From Ignavibacteriota bacterium (GTDB lineage: Bacteria > Bacteroidota > Ignavibacteria > UBA10030): a DNA stretch of 64,000 nucleotides. The notes under the pieces were generated by a model. It was not told the DNA's origin, did not search any database, and saw only the letters and a program-made list of their open reading frames with translations. Shown here piece after piece: positions 9,792 through 20,923 of this stretch; the first letter of the stretch is position 1, and each line of letters opens with the position of its first letter. The stretch is taken from assembly GCA_963727825.1 (NCBI GenBank), contig CAVSHO010000011.1, forward strand, positions 128,001-192,000, given 5' to 3'. The translations under genes and the position numbers were made by a program.

Positions 9792-10538
9792 TTATAATCC
9801 TTTTTGTTGCCGTCTTTTTGCTTTTATTTTTACTTCTTCGGAGATTTGTACGCGAGTATCAGGCGCATTTTTAATTAGCTCAATATTTAGCTCGAATATT
9901 AATTCGTCAATGAGACGCTTTGGATTCCAACGATTAAGTGCTTTGTTAATAATAAAATTACTTAAGTCAAGCTCCGGAGATAATTTTTCTGCTATATATT
10001 CAGATAATTCTTTCTCATCGTTTGGGCTGATTTTTTGAATATTAGCGATGCGTTTTTTACACCAATCCAAAATAAATGGATTAAATATTTTACAGGGTAA
10101 TAGTAGCTCCGAGCCAACTCTTTTTGCTGCCCTCTCGAATATTTGATGTGTTTCTTCGTTTAAAAAGTTCTCATATTTGATTCTGTCTTCTATTGAATTA
10201 ATGCCTTCAAATATCGAAGAATGAATAATTGAATGTCCTACTTCTTCGGCTATCGTAAATTGAGCAGATTTGTTTGACATTATATAGTGGTTTGCATCAA
10301 TAAATATTTCTATCCGATTTTCCTTTAGATTTTTAAAACCAATCCCGTACAAACCAAACAATTGAAGATCGTCTATAATATTAATAGGAATTCGAGCGCG
10401 TTGGGATACAATTTCAATGTTTATTACGGGAACGTTTGGAAGAGTTAGCCACCCATGACTATCTAAAAAAGCTTCTGCGATCTCCCTACAATGCACATAT
10501 GTATAATTTATGGAGCGACAACTTTCAATACCGTTCAT
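9792..10538 (-). CDS. ImmA/IrrE-family (DUF955) metallopeptidase-like protein
   Basis: QFTIAEEVGHSIIH and ERAAKRVGSELLLP motifs; overlaps the upstream XRE gene. Confidence 0.75.
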   Translation of the reverse strand: MNGIESCRSINYTYVHCREIAEAFLDSHGWLTLPNVPVINIEIVSQRARIPINIIDDLQLFGLYGIGFKNLKENRIEIFIDANHYIMSNKSAQFTIAEEVGHSIIHSSIFEGINSIEDRIKYENFLNEETHQIFERAAKRVGSELLLPCKIFNPFILDWCKKRIANIQKISPNDEKELSEYIAEKLSPELDLSNFIINKALNRWNPKRLIDELIFELNIELIKNAPDTRVQISEEVKIKAKRRQQKGL

Positions 10539-10884
10539 TTATAAATGCTGTTACCTTCCGAATCTGTTCTTCTGTCATTTTTTTATTTGCCACTGTACGT
10601 AACAAAAGCGGAATTCCCACAATGTCTTTTATGTCTTTTGCAATATCTTTAGGAAATTGTTCGTTGTCTATAGATGCTTGATCCGCTAAGTTCTTTTTTT
10701 CTTCTATAGTCGCACCTATTCCGTCATTAATCGCATTTATCAATTCCGATTTTTGCGGTGGCGGGATCGTACATCTTTCAACCCGCGAAAGATATGCAAC
10801 GTCTATATCGCTATTATTTGCAAGTTCTCTTAGTGTTATTCCCTTTTGCGTGCGCAATTCGCGCAACATCTCACCATATTTCAT
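10525..10884 (-). CDS. XRE-family HTH transcriptional regulator
   Basis: LRELRTQKGITLRELA...YLSRVER. Confidence 0.88.
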   Translation of the reverse strand: MKYGEMLRELRTQKGITLRELANNSDIDVAYLSRVERCTIPPPQKSELINAINDGIGATIEEKKNLADQASIDNEQFPKDIAKDIKDIVGIPLLLRTVANKKMTEEQIRKVTAFINERY

Positions 10885-10972
10885 GGCGCCTTCTCCTCAT
10901 GAATGACCTTGTTGTAGTATTACTACAACATAGACAAAGGACGCCATATTGTCAAGAAAAATCCGAGCGTAC

Positions 10973-11473
10973 TTATTCTATCTTTTCCGTATCAACAACG
11001 GTTTTCTCAACTTCTCCACCGTTATTCTTTTTTTCTCGTTCTTTAACCTTATCTGGATAGCGTTCAGCAAGTCCATAGGCTTTTCCATCTTGAGTATCAA
11101 ACTGTACAAACTCTCTGTTTGAACCTAAATAAATAGCCATGTTTTTCAAACTATGTTTTGCTTTCCATGTAGACGGAAATTGAAAATCTCCCTTAGTCAA
11201 TCCGTCCAAGATTTCTTGAGCCGTAGAAGCCCGTCCAGTTTTGCGTAAGAATTCCTTTGTTGAGTCTAACATTGATTTACCGACGAATTCTCTTGGTGGC
11301 GGCTCATATTTACCAATACTGCTATTTGACTGCTCAACATCGATAAATTCCGGTGGTAATCCATTTAAAGCCATAAGTTGATTAATGGCTTTTTTAATTT
11401 CCACTTGACGAACGTCCAAGTTGAGTAATTCGTTGTGTAGTGAATCAATCGCTTTATCTAATTCGTTTGGCAT
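10973..11473 (-). CDS. Hypothetical protein, coiled coil plus possible winged helix
   Basis: 166-aa ORF with GGAGG RBS. Confidence 0.6.
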   Translation of the reverse strand: MPNELDKAIDSLHNELLNLDVRQVEIKKAINQLMALNGLPPEFIDVEQSNSSIGKYEPPPREFVGKSMLDSTKEFLRKTGRASTAQEILDGLTKGDFQFPSTWKAKHSLKNMAIYLGSNREFVQFDTQDGKAYGLAERYPDKVKEREKKNNGGEVEKTVVDTEKIE

Positions 11474-11939
11474 ATATCCTCCGTTTATGTTAAATACACT
11501 ATACGAAATATTTTATTATCTGTCAAGTACTATTTTCTATTATTTTTTATCTTGCCGATATGATAAAAATATTTTCGTTAACCTATTGACAAGATAACAA
11601 GAATATGTTATCTTGTAGTTGTGATGAGCAACGAAAAGATAAATAAAAACCCGCTACCGATTGCAGTCGATATACGGGTATAATAAACGAATTGCACAAA
11701 CTTTTTAAAGAAGAAAGGAGGTCAATGTGGTAACAATTTGGAGCGAGAGAATGCTTACCTTTGCCGGATTCATTTTCTGCGCTCGTGCTATAATATAGTA
11801 CAACCCGCTTTTAAGGCGGGTCTGCAAGTGCTACTAACACATGCAAACCCTAAATCAATGCCCGCGTGAACGGACAAAGACCCTATTTCAATATACGTTC
11901 ATTGCGGGAAAAAATCAAGATCAAACTTGGAGTACCACA

Positions 11940-12773
11940 ATGAACACTTTATCCCTCGAAAAGAAAATCTTAATCCTTAATTCCCTCATTGAAGGAAACT
12001 CAATCCGTTCTACAGAACGACTTACGGGCGTAACTAAAAAAGCAATTTTAAAATTACTTATTAAAGCCGGAGAGCAAGCAAAAGAAATCCTTGACACTCA
12101 GTTAGTAGGCATTCAATCAAGATTTGTACAGGTAGATGAAATTTGGACGTATGTAGGAAAGAAACAAAGACAACTTAGAGAAAATGATTCAAAAGAATTA
12201 GGCGATCAATATGTATTTGTAGCAATGGACGCAGAAACTAAACTTGTTCCTGCTTACAAAGTAGGAAAGCGAACGATTGAAACTACGCGCTCATTCATTA
12301 AAGATTTACAGTACAGAATAATCGCACGCTTTCAACTCTCTACCGATTCATTCAAGCCGTATTTTAATGTTGTAGATGAAATTTTCGGAACTGATATTGA
12401 CTACGGACAGATTCACAAAGAGTATAAAGAAGATGGAAAGGGCGAAAAGCGATATAGTCCGGCTCAGATAATACGTGTAATAATAAATCCCTTAATCGGA
12501 AGTCCAAGTATTAAACATATCTCAACAAGTTTTATCGAACGACAGAACTTAACAATGAGAATGCAAATGAGAAGATTCACGCGGCTTACAAATGCTTTCT
12601 CAAAGAAGTTAAGAAACCTTGAAAGTGCCGTTGCATTACATTTTTATCATTACAACTTTATGCGTATTCATCAATCATTGAGAGTAACACCTGCAATGCA
12701 AGCAAATGTAACTCATAGATTGTGGACATGGGAAGATTTATTATTCAGCACACAGATGGAAAAAGTTGCGTAA
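11940..12773 (+). CDS. IS1-family DDE transposase (single-ORF, ISMhu11-like group)
   Basis: EGNSIRSTERLTG HTH; VQVDEIWTYVGKK; STSFIERQNLTMR...RRFTRLTNAFSKK. Start at MNTL preferred over 11841. Confidence 0.85.
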   Translation: MNTLSLEKKILILNSLIEGNSIRSTERLTGVTKKAILKLLIKAGEQAKEILDTQLVGIQSRFVQVDEIWTYVGKKQRQLRENDSKELGDQYVFVAMDAETKLVPAYKVGKRTIETTRSFIKDLQYRIIARFQLSTDSFKPYFNVVDEIFGTDIDYGQIHKEYKEDGKGEKRYSPAQIIRVIINPLIGSPSIKHISTSFIERQNLTMRMQMRRFTRLTNAFSKKLRNLESAVALHFYHYNFMRIHQSLRVTPAMQANVTHRLWTWEDLLFSTQMEKVA

Positions 12774-12963
12774 CAAAACTACACAGAGGTCTCTATTGCG
12801 TTCGTGTCCGTGTGTCATTAAATTTGTAGCGTGGAAACATACTTCATATATTTATTAATACTTGGTTTTATTTATTTGGTTATAGATCACCTAAGACTGA
12901 AAAAGAAAGTATTGTTTTTTATCCGCTCAACAAATGTTTGCGGTGATGCGGTTCGTAAATATA

Positions 12964-13197
12964 TTAGGGATGATGCATGCTTGCCTTTAGAAGGGCGGCA
13001 AGATTAGCTTGATGTTTCAAGAAAGAATCGTTCACCCGTTTTGCTGCTTCTTTTCCGGTAAGGCGATATTCTTTAACGAGAAGGGGAATAATTTCATCAT
13101 AAAGAGCGAGGGCAAGTGCGTGTATATCATTAATGCCATAAATAATATTAGACTTTTCCTCGTCAGCAGTCTTTTTCATGCTCATAATTATCCTCAT
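12964..13197 (-). CDS. Hypothetical passenger protein
   Basis: 77-aa ORF inside the right part of the element. Confidence 0.4.
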   Translation of the reverse strand: MRIIMSMKKTADEEKSNIIYGINDIHALALALYDEIIPLLVKEYRLTGKEAAKRVNDSFLKHQANLAALLKASMHHP

Positions 13198-13494
13198 ATA
13201 AATAGTTGTTGCATTGGTGGGTTATTAACAGCGAAAGAAACCTAAAGAATCTATGAATCATAGTCAAGATAGAAATAGTTCCCAAAACATAGAGAGAACA
13301 AATCAAGATGGAGTCGAAAAGACCCCACTACCGAAAATTGCTTTTAAATCATGCGTCAATCACTCATATCTATATTTTATGCAACGATCTTAATTTGATA
13401 AGGCAGCGGAAAGCGTCATCCGGAACAATCCAACAAGTGAATAAGTAGCGAAACGAAGTTTTTGAAGCAATTCAATTAGTTTTAGAAAATAAAA

Positions 13495-14545
13495 TTAAAT
13501 CTTTTCGCTCTCTAAGATTGACTTAACCTTGCTCACGACAATTTCCGGTGTAATCGATAGCATACATTCAAACGTTTTTATAGGACAGACATCGCCGCCA
13601 TGGATTGAACACGGACGACATTTAAGCCCTTTCATTTCTACCACAACATCACGGCGTCCGCGAGGTGCGAAACCAAATTCCGGGACAGTTGCCCCAAAGA
13701 TTGCAACAACTGGAGTTCCCACTGCAACTGCAAGGTGCATCGGAGCACTGTCGTTTGAGATCAATACTCTGCAGCGACGAATCAACTCAGCAGACTGAAG
13801 CAGTGATAACTTGCCTGCAATATTAAAAACATTTTTTGTCTGTGCAATCTCCATAACTTCCTTGCACAATATTTCATCTTCTTTTCCGCCAACAAGAACG
13901 ACAGCAATGCTTTCCGAAGTAATTTGTTTGCATACGGCAGCGAATCTGTCTGCAGACCAGCGCTTGGTATTCCAGATCGTGCCAGGAGCTACTGCAACAA
14001 TATTCTTATATCGATTCAATACATAATCATTTATAATCGAATCGATAATTTGCTTATCCTGATTTGAAGGATAAAGCCAAGGCAGGCTGGTCGTAACAGT
14101 AGGAAGTTTCAAGGGACTCAGCAACGAAAGGTTTCGTTCAATTTCGTGAGACGAAGGATTATAGCGCACATTTTTCTTGAACAACAAACGTCCAGCGCTT
14201 TTATCGAACCCAATACTGATTGTTGGTTTCAACAACCAAGTTAATAGCGCGCTTCGTAAAGATCGATGAGGAACAATAACCAAATTATAATTCTGTAATC
14301 TGAGTTTTGTCCTCATCCGCCATAAACCTTTTATTCCTTTATCGCTTCCGCGTTTATCATACTGAATTATTTTGGAGATGGCGGGATGATTTTCAAATAT
14401 TTCCGCTGTTCTGGGAACTACAATTATATCAATCGAAGATTGTGGATAATTTAATTTAAGTGTCATGGATAAGAGGCAGTGTTAGAATTGCGTCACCAAT
14501 GAATGCTGTCTGAATAACTAAGATTTTATTAAATAACTCAGCCAC
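13495..14545 (-). CDS. waaF: Lipopolysaccharide heptosyltransferase II (GT9), frameshift near 14465
   Basis: APGTIWNTKRW and ISNDSAPMHLA motifs; the N-terminal KILVIQTAFIGDAILTLP lies upstream in another frame from a GTG at 14545. Confidence 0.82.
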
Positions 14546-15450
14546 TACAACGCCTCCACTCGATCCGGGACATGCTTCCACCGTTTATGCATCCACATCC
14601 ATTGTTCCGGGAATTGTCTTATAATTTGCTCGGTCATATGAACTTGTCGTTGAGTCAGTTCAAGAACATTTTTATCCGAGAAACCAACTAAGTCATCACT
14701 CGATACATATTCCAAGTGCATTTTATAATTTCCATCTTTCTGTCGCACGGCGCATCCTATGACAATCGGTGCACCTGTCTTTAAGCAGAAAACAGCCGGA
14801 CCTTCAAAGGTGGGCACTTGCCGGCCAAAAAATTCTACTGCGATACTTTCTTTCGGAGCTGTTTGATCAGCTACGAGCGCAATAATTCCTCCCTGATGAA
14901 GTGTCCGTATAATTTCACGAACACTCATTCCCATTGACACTACTCTAACTCCGAATAATTCACGCCACTGATTTATGAGACGATCAACAAGTGCATTTGA
15001 TTGAGACTTTGCAATTGCACATACTGGCTCATTAGTATATACTGAGATCGCATGAGCCGACAGCTCCCAACTGCCGAAATGGGCAGTGACAAAAACAATA
15101 CCCTTCTTTCTCTTCAGAAATTCCGTTAATACATCAAGATTATCAATGCTAACTCTTTGCTCGATTATTTCCTTTGTATAATTCGGCGACCAGAGTAATT
15201 CAACAAATGTCGCAGTGATATTTTGGAATGATTGAAGAGCAATTTGCTCCAGTCTTTTTTTATCCATTTCTGGAAATGCGTTGCGAAGATTTCTGAGTGC
15301 TACTTCTCTACGCGATTTCAATATCGGATATGCTAATCGGGCAAGTGCAAAGCCGGTCTTGTGAACAAGTTGTAACGGCAGTAATCTGACAACAAAACCG
15401 AGGCATTGGAAAAAGATATATTCAATAACGTACACTTTTTTTATAGGCAT
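14545..15450 (-). CDS. Lipid A biosynthesis acyltransferase (HtrB/LpxL family)
   Basis: AHFGSWE, LVADQ and PEQWMWMHKRWK motifs. Confidence 0.88.
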   Translation of the reverse strand: MPIKKVYVIEYIFFQCLGFVVRLLPLQLVHKTGFALARLAYPILKSRREVALRNLRNAFPEMDKKRLEQIALQSFQNITATFVELLWSPNYTKEIIEQRVSIDNLDVLTEFLKRKKGIVFVTAHFGSWELSAHAISVYTNEPVCAIAKSQSNALVDRLINQWRELFGVRVVSMGMSVREIIRTLHQGGIIALVADQTAPKESIAVEFFGRQVPTFEGPAVFCLKTGAPIVIGCAVRQKDGNYKMHLEYVSSDDLVGFSDKNVLELTQRQVHMTEQIIRQFPEQWMWMHKRWKHVPDRVEAL

Positions 15451-15499
15451 AACATTTTAATTAATTTTGTTCGACTAATGGTTATTCGTTTTTATCGAA

Positions 15500-15913
15500 T
15501 CATTCGCCCATTACTTTAACGATTACGCGTTTCCGCCGCTGGCCATCAAACTCGGCGTAATAGATTTGCTGCCATGGCCCGAAATCTAATTTTCCGTCTG
15601 TTACAGGAACAATTACTTCATGATGAATAAGGAGGCTTTTCAAATGCGAATCGCCATTCGATTCTCCTGTACGATGGTGATTGTATTCTTGATTAAATGG
15701 TGCGAGCTTTTCCAACCACGTATCAATATCTTGAATTAATCCTGATTCCGCATCGTTTACATAGACACCAGCTGTAATATGCATTGCCGATACGAGAATC
15801 ATTCCTTCTTTAATTCTACTCTTTGCAAGAATTTGTTCCACTTCAGAGGTTATGTTAATATACTCGCGGTGTTTTTTTGTGTTGAACCAGAGATATTCTG
15901 TGAAAGATTTCAT
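15500..15913 (-). CDS. yjbQ: YjbQ/UPF0047 family protein
   Basis: [33 protein letters not shown]. Confidence 0.9.
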   Translation of the reverse strand: MKSFTEYLWFNTKKHREYINITSEVEQILAKSRIKEGMILVSAMHITAGVYVNDAESGLIQDIDTWLEKLAPFNQEYNHHRTGESNGDSHLKSLLIHHEVIVPVTDGKLDFGPWQQIYYAEFDGQRRKRVIVKVMGE

Positions 15914-15915
15914 AA

Positions 15916-17295
15916 TTATTCCTTTTCAGAAAACGGTTCCAGAGCCAGAAAGTCTAAAGGCAATATGGTTACGTTCAAACGCGAATTTTTGACTCTTATG
16001 ACGACACCTGAGAATTGATCCTGCCATATTTCAGATGCATCAACTGGCATCTGAATTTCCACTTCTTTCTTCTCATGAGCAAAGTTGACGATAATTAGAA
16101 CAGAGTCATTATCTGAAGAACGTAAGAAAGAAAATAGATAAGAGCTATCAGAATTCTTTACATTGCGATACGAACCATACTGCAATGCCGGATGGTTCCG
16201 GCGAAGTGTACATAAATATCCATATAATTTGCTGGATGAATTAAATTGTTTATTATTTTCAACTCCATTGTCATTGTAGAAAAGGGGTATACCCGGAAGA
16301 GTGAAGGCAAGAATTGAAATTGCTTTTTCCCCCTGCAAATTGGACTTCTCAATGCTCGCAGTATCTTCAATATATTCTCTATATTGTATGTTGCTGCGCA
16401 GGTGCAACGATCCTTTGGGGAATTTCAGGGATTCAGTGTTTAAAGAATCATTGATTATCGAAGCAGAAAGCTTACCATCGATGATGTCCGCAAATGCATT
16501 ATTTATATTCCATGAACAGGTTAGATCAAATGCCTTGATGTGGTGCTCTGGTCGCATACTTTCTGAAATCATAAGTACTGGCTTGATTTTGTCTAATTCG
16601 CATCGAGCAACATCCCAGAAGTCTGTTGGTATCAATTCCGCCGATCTGCACTGTAAACCATCTATGCCAATTTCCTGAATCCAGAATTTCATCATCGCAA
16701 TCATATACTTGCGTAACTCATGTTGATTGTAGTCTAGCTGCGCAACATCGTTCCTTTCAGAATTTGGTGCAACAATCGCGCCTTCTTCATTATGAACAAA
16801 CCAGTCAGGATGTTCCATCAAAAGCTGACTATCCCAAGCGGCTTGATTGGTAACAAGATTGATAATGATTTTCAATCCTTGTTGATGGGTTGTGTTAACT
16901 AACGATTTAAAATCTTCAAGTGTGCCAAATTCTGAGTTGACCGCATAAAAATCTTTTACAGCATCAGGGCTTCCAATTTCTCCACTCCTATTCAACTCAC
17001 CAATAGGGTGAATCGGCATCAGTGAGACAACGGTAATACCGAGCTTCTTTAATTCAGGAATTTGTGCTTCAAACGCTTTAAATGTTCCACCATTGGAAAA
17101 CGAATGAAGATCGACTTCATAAATGATCGCATTCTTTACCCAGTCTGCACTTAGGCGTGCGTCCAGTTCACTGAATTTCTTTTTCGTGCATCCAAAATAA
17201 GAAATTGAACTGCACACAAATACAATAATAATTGTGCTAAATAAAAATTTTTTATCCACAAAGACTTTTTTTATTCTTCTTAAATTAAAGCCCAT
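15916..17295 (-). CDS. GH13 alpha-amylase-fold protein with degenerate active site
   Basis: [24 protein letters not shown] framework; catalytic motifs altered. Confidence 0.8.
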   Translation of the reverse strand: MGFNLRRIKKVFVDKKFLFSTIIIVFVCSSISYFGCTKKKFSELDARLSADWVKNAIIYEVDLHSFSNGGTFKAFEAQIPELKKLGITVVSLMPIHPIGELNRSGEIGSPDAVKDFYAVNSEFGTLEDFKSLVNTTHQQGLKIIINLVTNQAAWDSQLLMEHPDWFVHNEEGAIVAPNSERNDVAQLDYNQHELRKYMIAMMKFWIQEIGIDGLQCRSAELIPTDFWDVARCELDKIKPVLMISESMRPEHHIKAFDLTCSWNINNAFADIIDGKLSASIINDSLNTESLKFPKGSLHLRSNIQYREYIEDTASIEKSNLQGEKAISILAFTLPGIPLFYNDNGVENNKQFNSSSKLYGYLCTLRRNHPALQYGSYRNVKNSDSSYLFSFLRSSDNDSVLIIVNFAHEKKEVEIQMPVDASEIWQDQFSGVVIRVKNSRLNVTILPLDFLALEPFSEKE

Positions 17296-17352
17296 CTCAA
17301 AAATGATTATGAGTCAGTCTGACAGCAAGGATTATTTTAAGATAGCTTATAG

Positions 17353-19584
17353 TTAAATCGTACCAAATCTATCTTGCACAAGCATTTTACCTGTTTCGGT
17401 TTTTTCAACTTTGATCCTACGGTTGATTGACGGAAATTCCTCGCCAGGATTCCAGTTTCCCATAGCTCCGCTGTTTGTATATTTATATTCTATCTCAGCA
17501 CCAACTGGTAACTGGATTTCAACCGCCCAAATACTGTCATCAGCAATTACATCTCCATGCGTGCCGTCATTATATAATCGCACCTTATTCGGAATCCAAC
17601 TTCCTAATTCTTCATGATTCCCAACAATGTAAAGATACTTACGAACATATATTTCACGGGCATCGCATTGAAAAAGCACAGTGATTAAATCCTGCTGACT
17701 TTGTGCCATCGTGCCTTGTGCTTGCCGAATCGTTTTTTGAGAAGAATCAAATGTGATTGGTTTGAATTCCCGCTTTGGCATTTTTCCACCGGCAAGTATT
17801 GCATACTTGTAGATATTTTGAAGATGGGTTATATACGCATGGTCAAATGGTTTATCACCAGCAGGCGCATTCTGCTCTGTACCATACCACCAGAACCAGT
17901 CTGAACCTTCTGCGGCGTACATTGATTCCCACGCTCTATATGCAAACCATGCCTTGGTATTTTTCTTTGGTGCGGGCTTCTTTGGATCTGGCTGAATAAT
18001 GCCGGAAACTTCTAAATCTTTTCGAGCAGTCAGTAAATATTCCCACGCCCTGTTTTCTTCATCTTCACCAATCCACGTATCATAGTTTGCATTAATCCAT
18101 GAACCTGGATAGAGCCATTCGATCTTTGGAAATGTTTCGACTGGATGGGCTGGGATATTTCTTTGCGGGTTACCATTAATATATTCGGTAACATTTGTTG
18201 TTACAACTTGCCGAGTTTCAAATAATTTGGATAGTTTTCGATAAAGTGCATTTTGAAAACTCTTGCCATCGTTATCGTAACGATACCATTCCCAAGCGTT
18301 CTCTCCATCAAGAATAACAGTCAATAATCGATCCTGCTCGCCTTCTTCTGGTACATACTTTAAGACTCCTCTGATAAAGTCGTCCGCCGCGTCTTCACCT
18401 TGATAATTTTTATAAACGAATCCAATTTTGTCGGATAATTCGGTCTCTCTAAAAACAATTACAACGGCATCTTTGACTTTCGAATCATGCTCCGGGAAAA
18501 CAGCATATGGATAAAAACAAGGATTTGCCCCTGTTTTTGAACGTTCAAGTATCTTCTGGTCTGTTGCTATCCATTTGATTCCTTGGTGAGCAAAAACCGG
18601 AATAACGTCGTGGGCTACCGAACCCTCACCAGGCCACATACCTGTCGGCTTTGTTCCGAATATCTTCTTGAACTCGCTTACCGCTTTCGCTACTTGTGCC
18701 TCAGCATCTTTTGGAAAATGGAATCTCAATGGCATAATATCATTTGGCTGGCACAGCTTGGCAAGATCTGAATCATAAATCAGTGGTAAAATGGGATGAT
18801 AATACGGCGTTGTCAGTATTTCAATCTGCCCTTTGTGTGTATTAGGATGGTACATCAACTTCCTATGAATTGGAATAATAGCGGCAAGAACTTTGAATGT
18901 TTCCGCAACAATACGATTGCAGATTTCCTCAGTGATTTTTTCTTTCAGAGTATATGTTCCGTTGGCATTTTTCTGAATAATATCTGTGAGATTGATCGAT
19001 ACACCTGTGGTAAGTTTCTGCGGCTGATCAAAAAAATCCGGATCAAACGATGCCAGGAAAAACCAGCACTTGATTTCACGAATCTCTTGTTCAGATAATC
19101 CATCCTTACCGACTTGAGAGTACTTTTCTCTTAAAGATTTATACTCCGGGAATCTTGAAATGATTATCTCGCTCACGCCGAATGCATTCCAGACATTCGT
19201 AAGTAAGTATCTATAATCTTGCTCATTGAACTGAGCAGTCGGTTTGAGTGCAAGATCAATCCACGGGTCTGTTTTTCCCCCATATTTTGCAAAATATCTC
19301 ACTGCGTTTACGCGATTCTTTTTCACATCCACAAATGGCGCCAAACGCTCCACATAATATGTTTGTAATTGTGATAGTAGTGATGAGGTCAAATTAACTG
19401 TAAAATGAATATTTGGATATTGCTCAAGTACCGCCGCCATGTCATAGTAATCCTTGGTTCCGTGTGTACGCACCCACGGGCCTTGAAGTTGATCCGATTC
19501 TGGATCAAGATATAAAGGCTGATGTTGATGCCAAATAATATTTAAATAGAGTGTTTTGCCAGTTTTTGGATATATGTCATTCAT
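17353..19584 (-). CDS. GH57 amylopullulanase-like enzyme with C-terminal CBM20-like domain
   Basis: WHQHQP, HPILPL, GMWPGEG, LDGENAWE, AEGSDWFWW; C-terminal VGNHEELGSW...EYKY. Confidence 0.88.
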   Translation of the reverse strand: MNDIYPKTGKTLYLNIIWHQHQPLYLDPESDQLQGPWVRTHGTKDYYDMAAVLEQYPNIHFTVNLTSSLLSQLQTYYVERLAPFVDVKKNRVNAVRYFAKYGGKTDPWIDLALKPTAQFNEQDYRYLLTNVWNAFGVSEIIISRFPEYKSLREKYSQVGKDGLSEQEIREIKCWFFLASFDPDFFDQPQKLTTGVSINLTDIIQKNANGTYTLKEKITEEICNRIVAETFKVLAAIIPIHRKLMYHPNTHKGQIEILTTPYYHPILPLIYDSDLAKLCQPNDIMPLRFHFPKDAEAQVAKAVSEFKKIFGTKPTGMWPGEGSVAHDVIPVFAHQGIKWIATDQKILERSKTGANPCFYPYAVFPEHDSKVKDAVVIVFRETELSDKIGFVYKNYQGEDAADDFIRGVLKYVPEEGEQDRLLTVILDGENAWEWYRYDNDGKSFQNALYRKLSKLFETRQVVTTNVTEYINGNPQRNIPAHPVETFPKIEWLYPGSWINANYDTWIGEDEENRAWEYLLTARKDLEVSGIIQPDPKKPAPKKNTKAWFAYRAWESMYAAEGSDWFWWYGTEQNAPAGDKPFDHAYITHLQNIYKYAILAGGKMPKREFKPITFDSSQKTIRQAQGTMAQSQQDLITVLFQCDAREIYVRKYLYIVGNHEELGSWIPNKVRLYNDGTHGDVIADDSIWAVEIQLPVGAEIEYKYTNSGAMGNWNPGEEFPSINRRIKVEKTETGKMLVQDRFGTI

Positions 19585-19701
19585 TATAAATACCTTGATT
19601 GAAGAATAACTTCTTTACATAATAAATAAGAACATCTCCAATTTCAATAACTGATAGGAAAATAGGAATGGCTAACTAAAATGAGCTATGTGTATCAATA
19701 G

Positions 19702-19735
19702 AAAAAGGCGTCGAGTTCTTCTTTCCCGACGCCTT
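19702..19735 (-). terminator. Rho-independent terminator after HU
   Basis: AAAGGCGTCG...CGACGCCTTT stem with flanking A/T tracts. Confidence 0.65.
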
Positions 19736-19759
19736 TATTTTTACATTCAAAAACTATTA

Positions 19760-20047
19760 TTAATGTTGAGCAAGGACAGCTTCTTTTGCAGCCTTCGCAA
19801 CACGGAACTTTACAACTGTTTTTGCAGGAATATTTATTTGCGCTCCAGTAGCTGGATTGCGTCCGATACGGGCTTTACGATCAACCAGAACCAATTTACC
19901 GATACCTGGTAAAGTAAAAGAGTTTTTTGCTTCCCGATACGCTAAAGCTGCAATCTCTTCTAATATCCCCACTGCATCTTTCTTCTTCAACTCAAACTTG
20001 CTTGCAAGATGAGCTGCAATCTGGCTTTTCGTCATTGCTTTTCCCAT
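19760..20047 (-). CDS. hup: HU family DNA-binding protein
   Basis: LPGIGKL...RKARIGRNPATG...IPAKTVVKF. Confidence 0.92.
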   Translation of the reverse strand: MGKAMTKSQIAAHLASKFELKKKDAVGILEEIAALAYREAKNSFTLPGIGKLVLVDRKARIGRNPATGAQINIPAKTVVKFRVAKAAKEAVLAQH

Positions 20048-20433
20048 AGGAGTCCCTTTTATAATGATTAATTATTTGTGATTTGTTTGGTAAACTACAA
20101 ATTTAACAAGCGAGAACCGATATTCATTCTACCCTATCAGACAATTCTTAGGGAAATATATGTTGTTTTTCAATCAAATGTCAACAAAAAAATTCATTTT
20201 CTTCAATGTTTTCAACTTGTTCCGTTTGTCGTAGTTTTTCAAATATTTTGAAAAGAAACCTAACTCGGAATTGTGAGCTCTATTTTAGATTTAGATACAC
20301 AAGAATGTTCTTTCATTTTAAATTACTTGATCTTAGTATTGCACTAATTTTGCTTAATTATCGGTTAAATTAACAAATCCGATTTTTTATTTTGAATCTT
20401 TTTGTTAATCTTTTCTATCATAATAAAATAATC

Positions 20434-20462
20434 TTGCTTCGCGAGACATTATCCAATAACTT
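20434..20462 (+). promoter_or_regulatory. Probable original host tRNA-Asp promoter
   Basis: TTGCTT-17bp-TAACTT upstream of the tRNA-Asp 5' fragments. Confidence 0.5.
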
Positions 20463-20479
20463 TATTAAGTAATAACAAC

Positions 20480-20515
20480 GAGGTCGTAGCTCAGTCCCGC
20501 CAGAAAGCGGCGGGA
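20480..20515 (+). repeat. tRNA-Asp 5' fragment (15 nt) fused to a TCCCGCC/GGCGGGA hairpin
   Basis: GAGGTCGTAGCTCAG + TCCCGCC-AGAAAGC-GGCGGGA. Confidence 0.75.
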
Positions 20516-20923
20516 TGTCGTGAACCAGAAAACGTTTCACTCCACTTGGTTTAATTTACATATCGAGGTCGAAGCTCAGCCTGGTTAGAGCGACTGCCTG
20601 TTACGAAATTGAATTCCTTTCATAATTCGTCAAAACCTGTAAAAAAATACAAATTGTATATGAGCTGTATGTAAGTTTTTTACCTTTTTACAATCAGATA
20701 CAGCTTATTTTTATCTTGCCGTAGTATCTTCTTTTCAACGAGTTCTTGGGCGAATAACTTCCAGCTTTTATGATAGCCAGCACTAAATAGTGTAGCCATC
20801 TGTGTGTCGTGCGATTTTCTTTAAGAGATTTTCCTTCATTTCTGCTTTAGTCATCGTAGTAACCTTTCAGCAAGTGTTTATTGATTAGTGAAACAACTTG
20901 CGGACGGACTTCGTTACTTGCAA

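Larger units (their letters stand above)
9489..13332 (+). mobile_element. IS1-family transporter IS (3844 bp) with passenger genes
   Basis: Terminal IR GGTAGTGGTGTCTTTTCGA / TCGAAAAGACCCCACTACC; 8-bp TSD GAAAATTG (9481-9488, 13333-13340); one internal transposase. Confidence 0.88.

Noticed and set aside
11715-11800. Strong AAGGAGG RBS with a 2-codon or 23-codon ORF upstream of the transposase
   Set aside because: Too short to support without conservation data.
20679-20854. Possible frameshifted ~58-aa gene on the minus strand (MTKAEMKENLL...)
   Set aside because: It needs an assumed indel and shows no recognisable homology.
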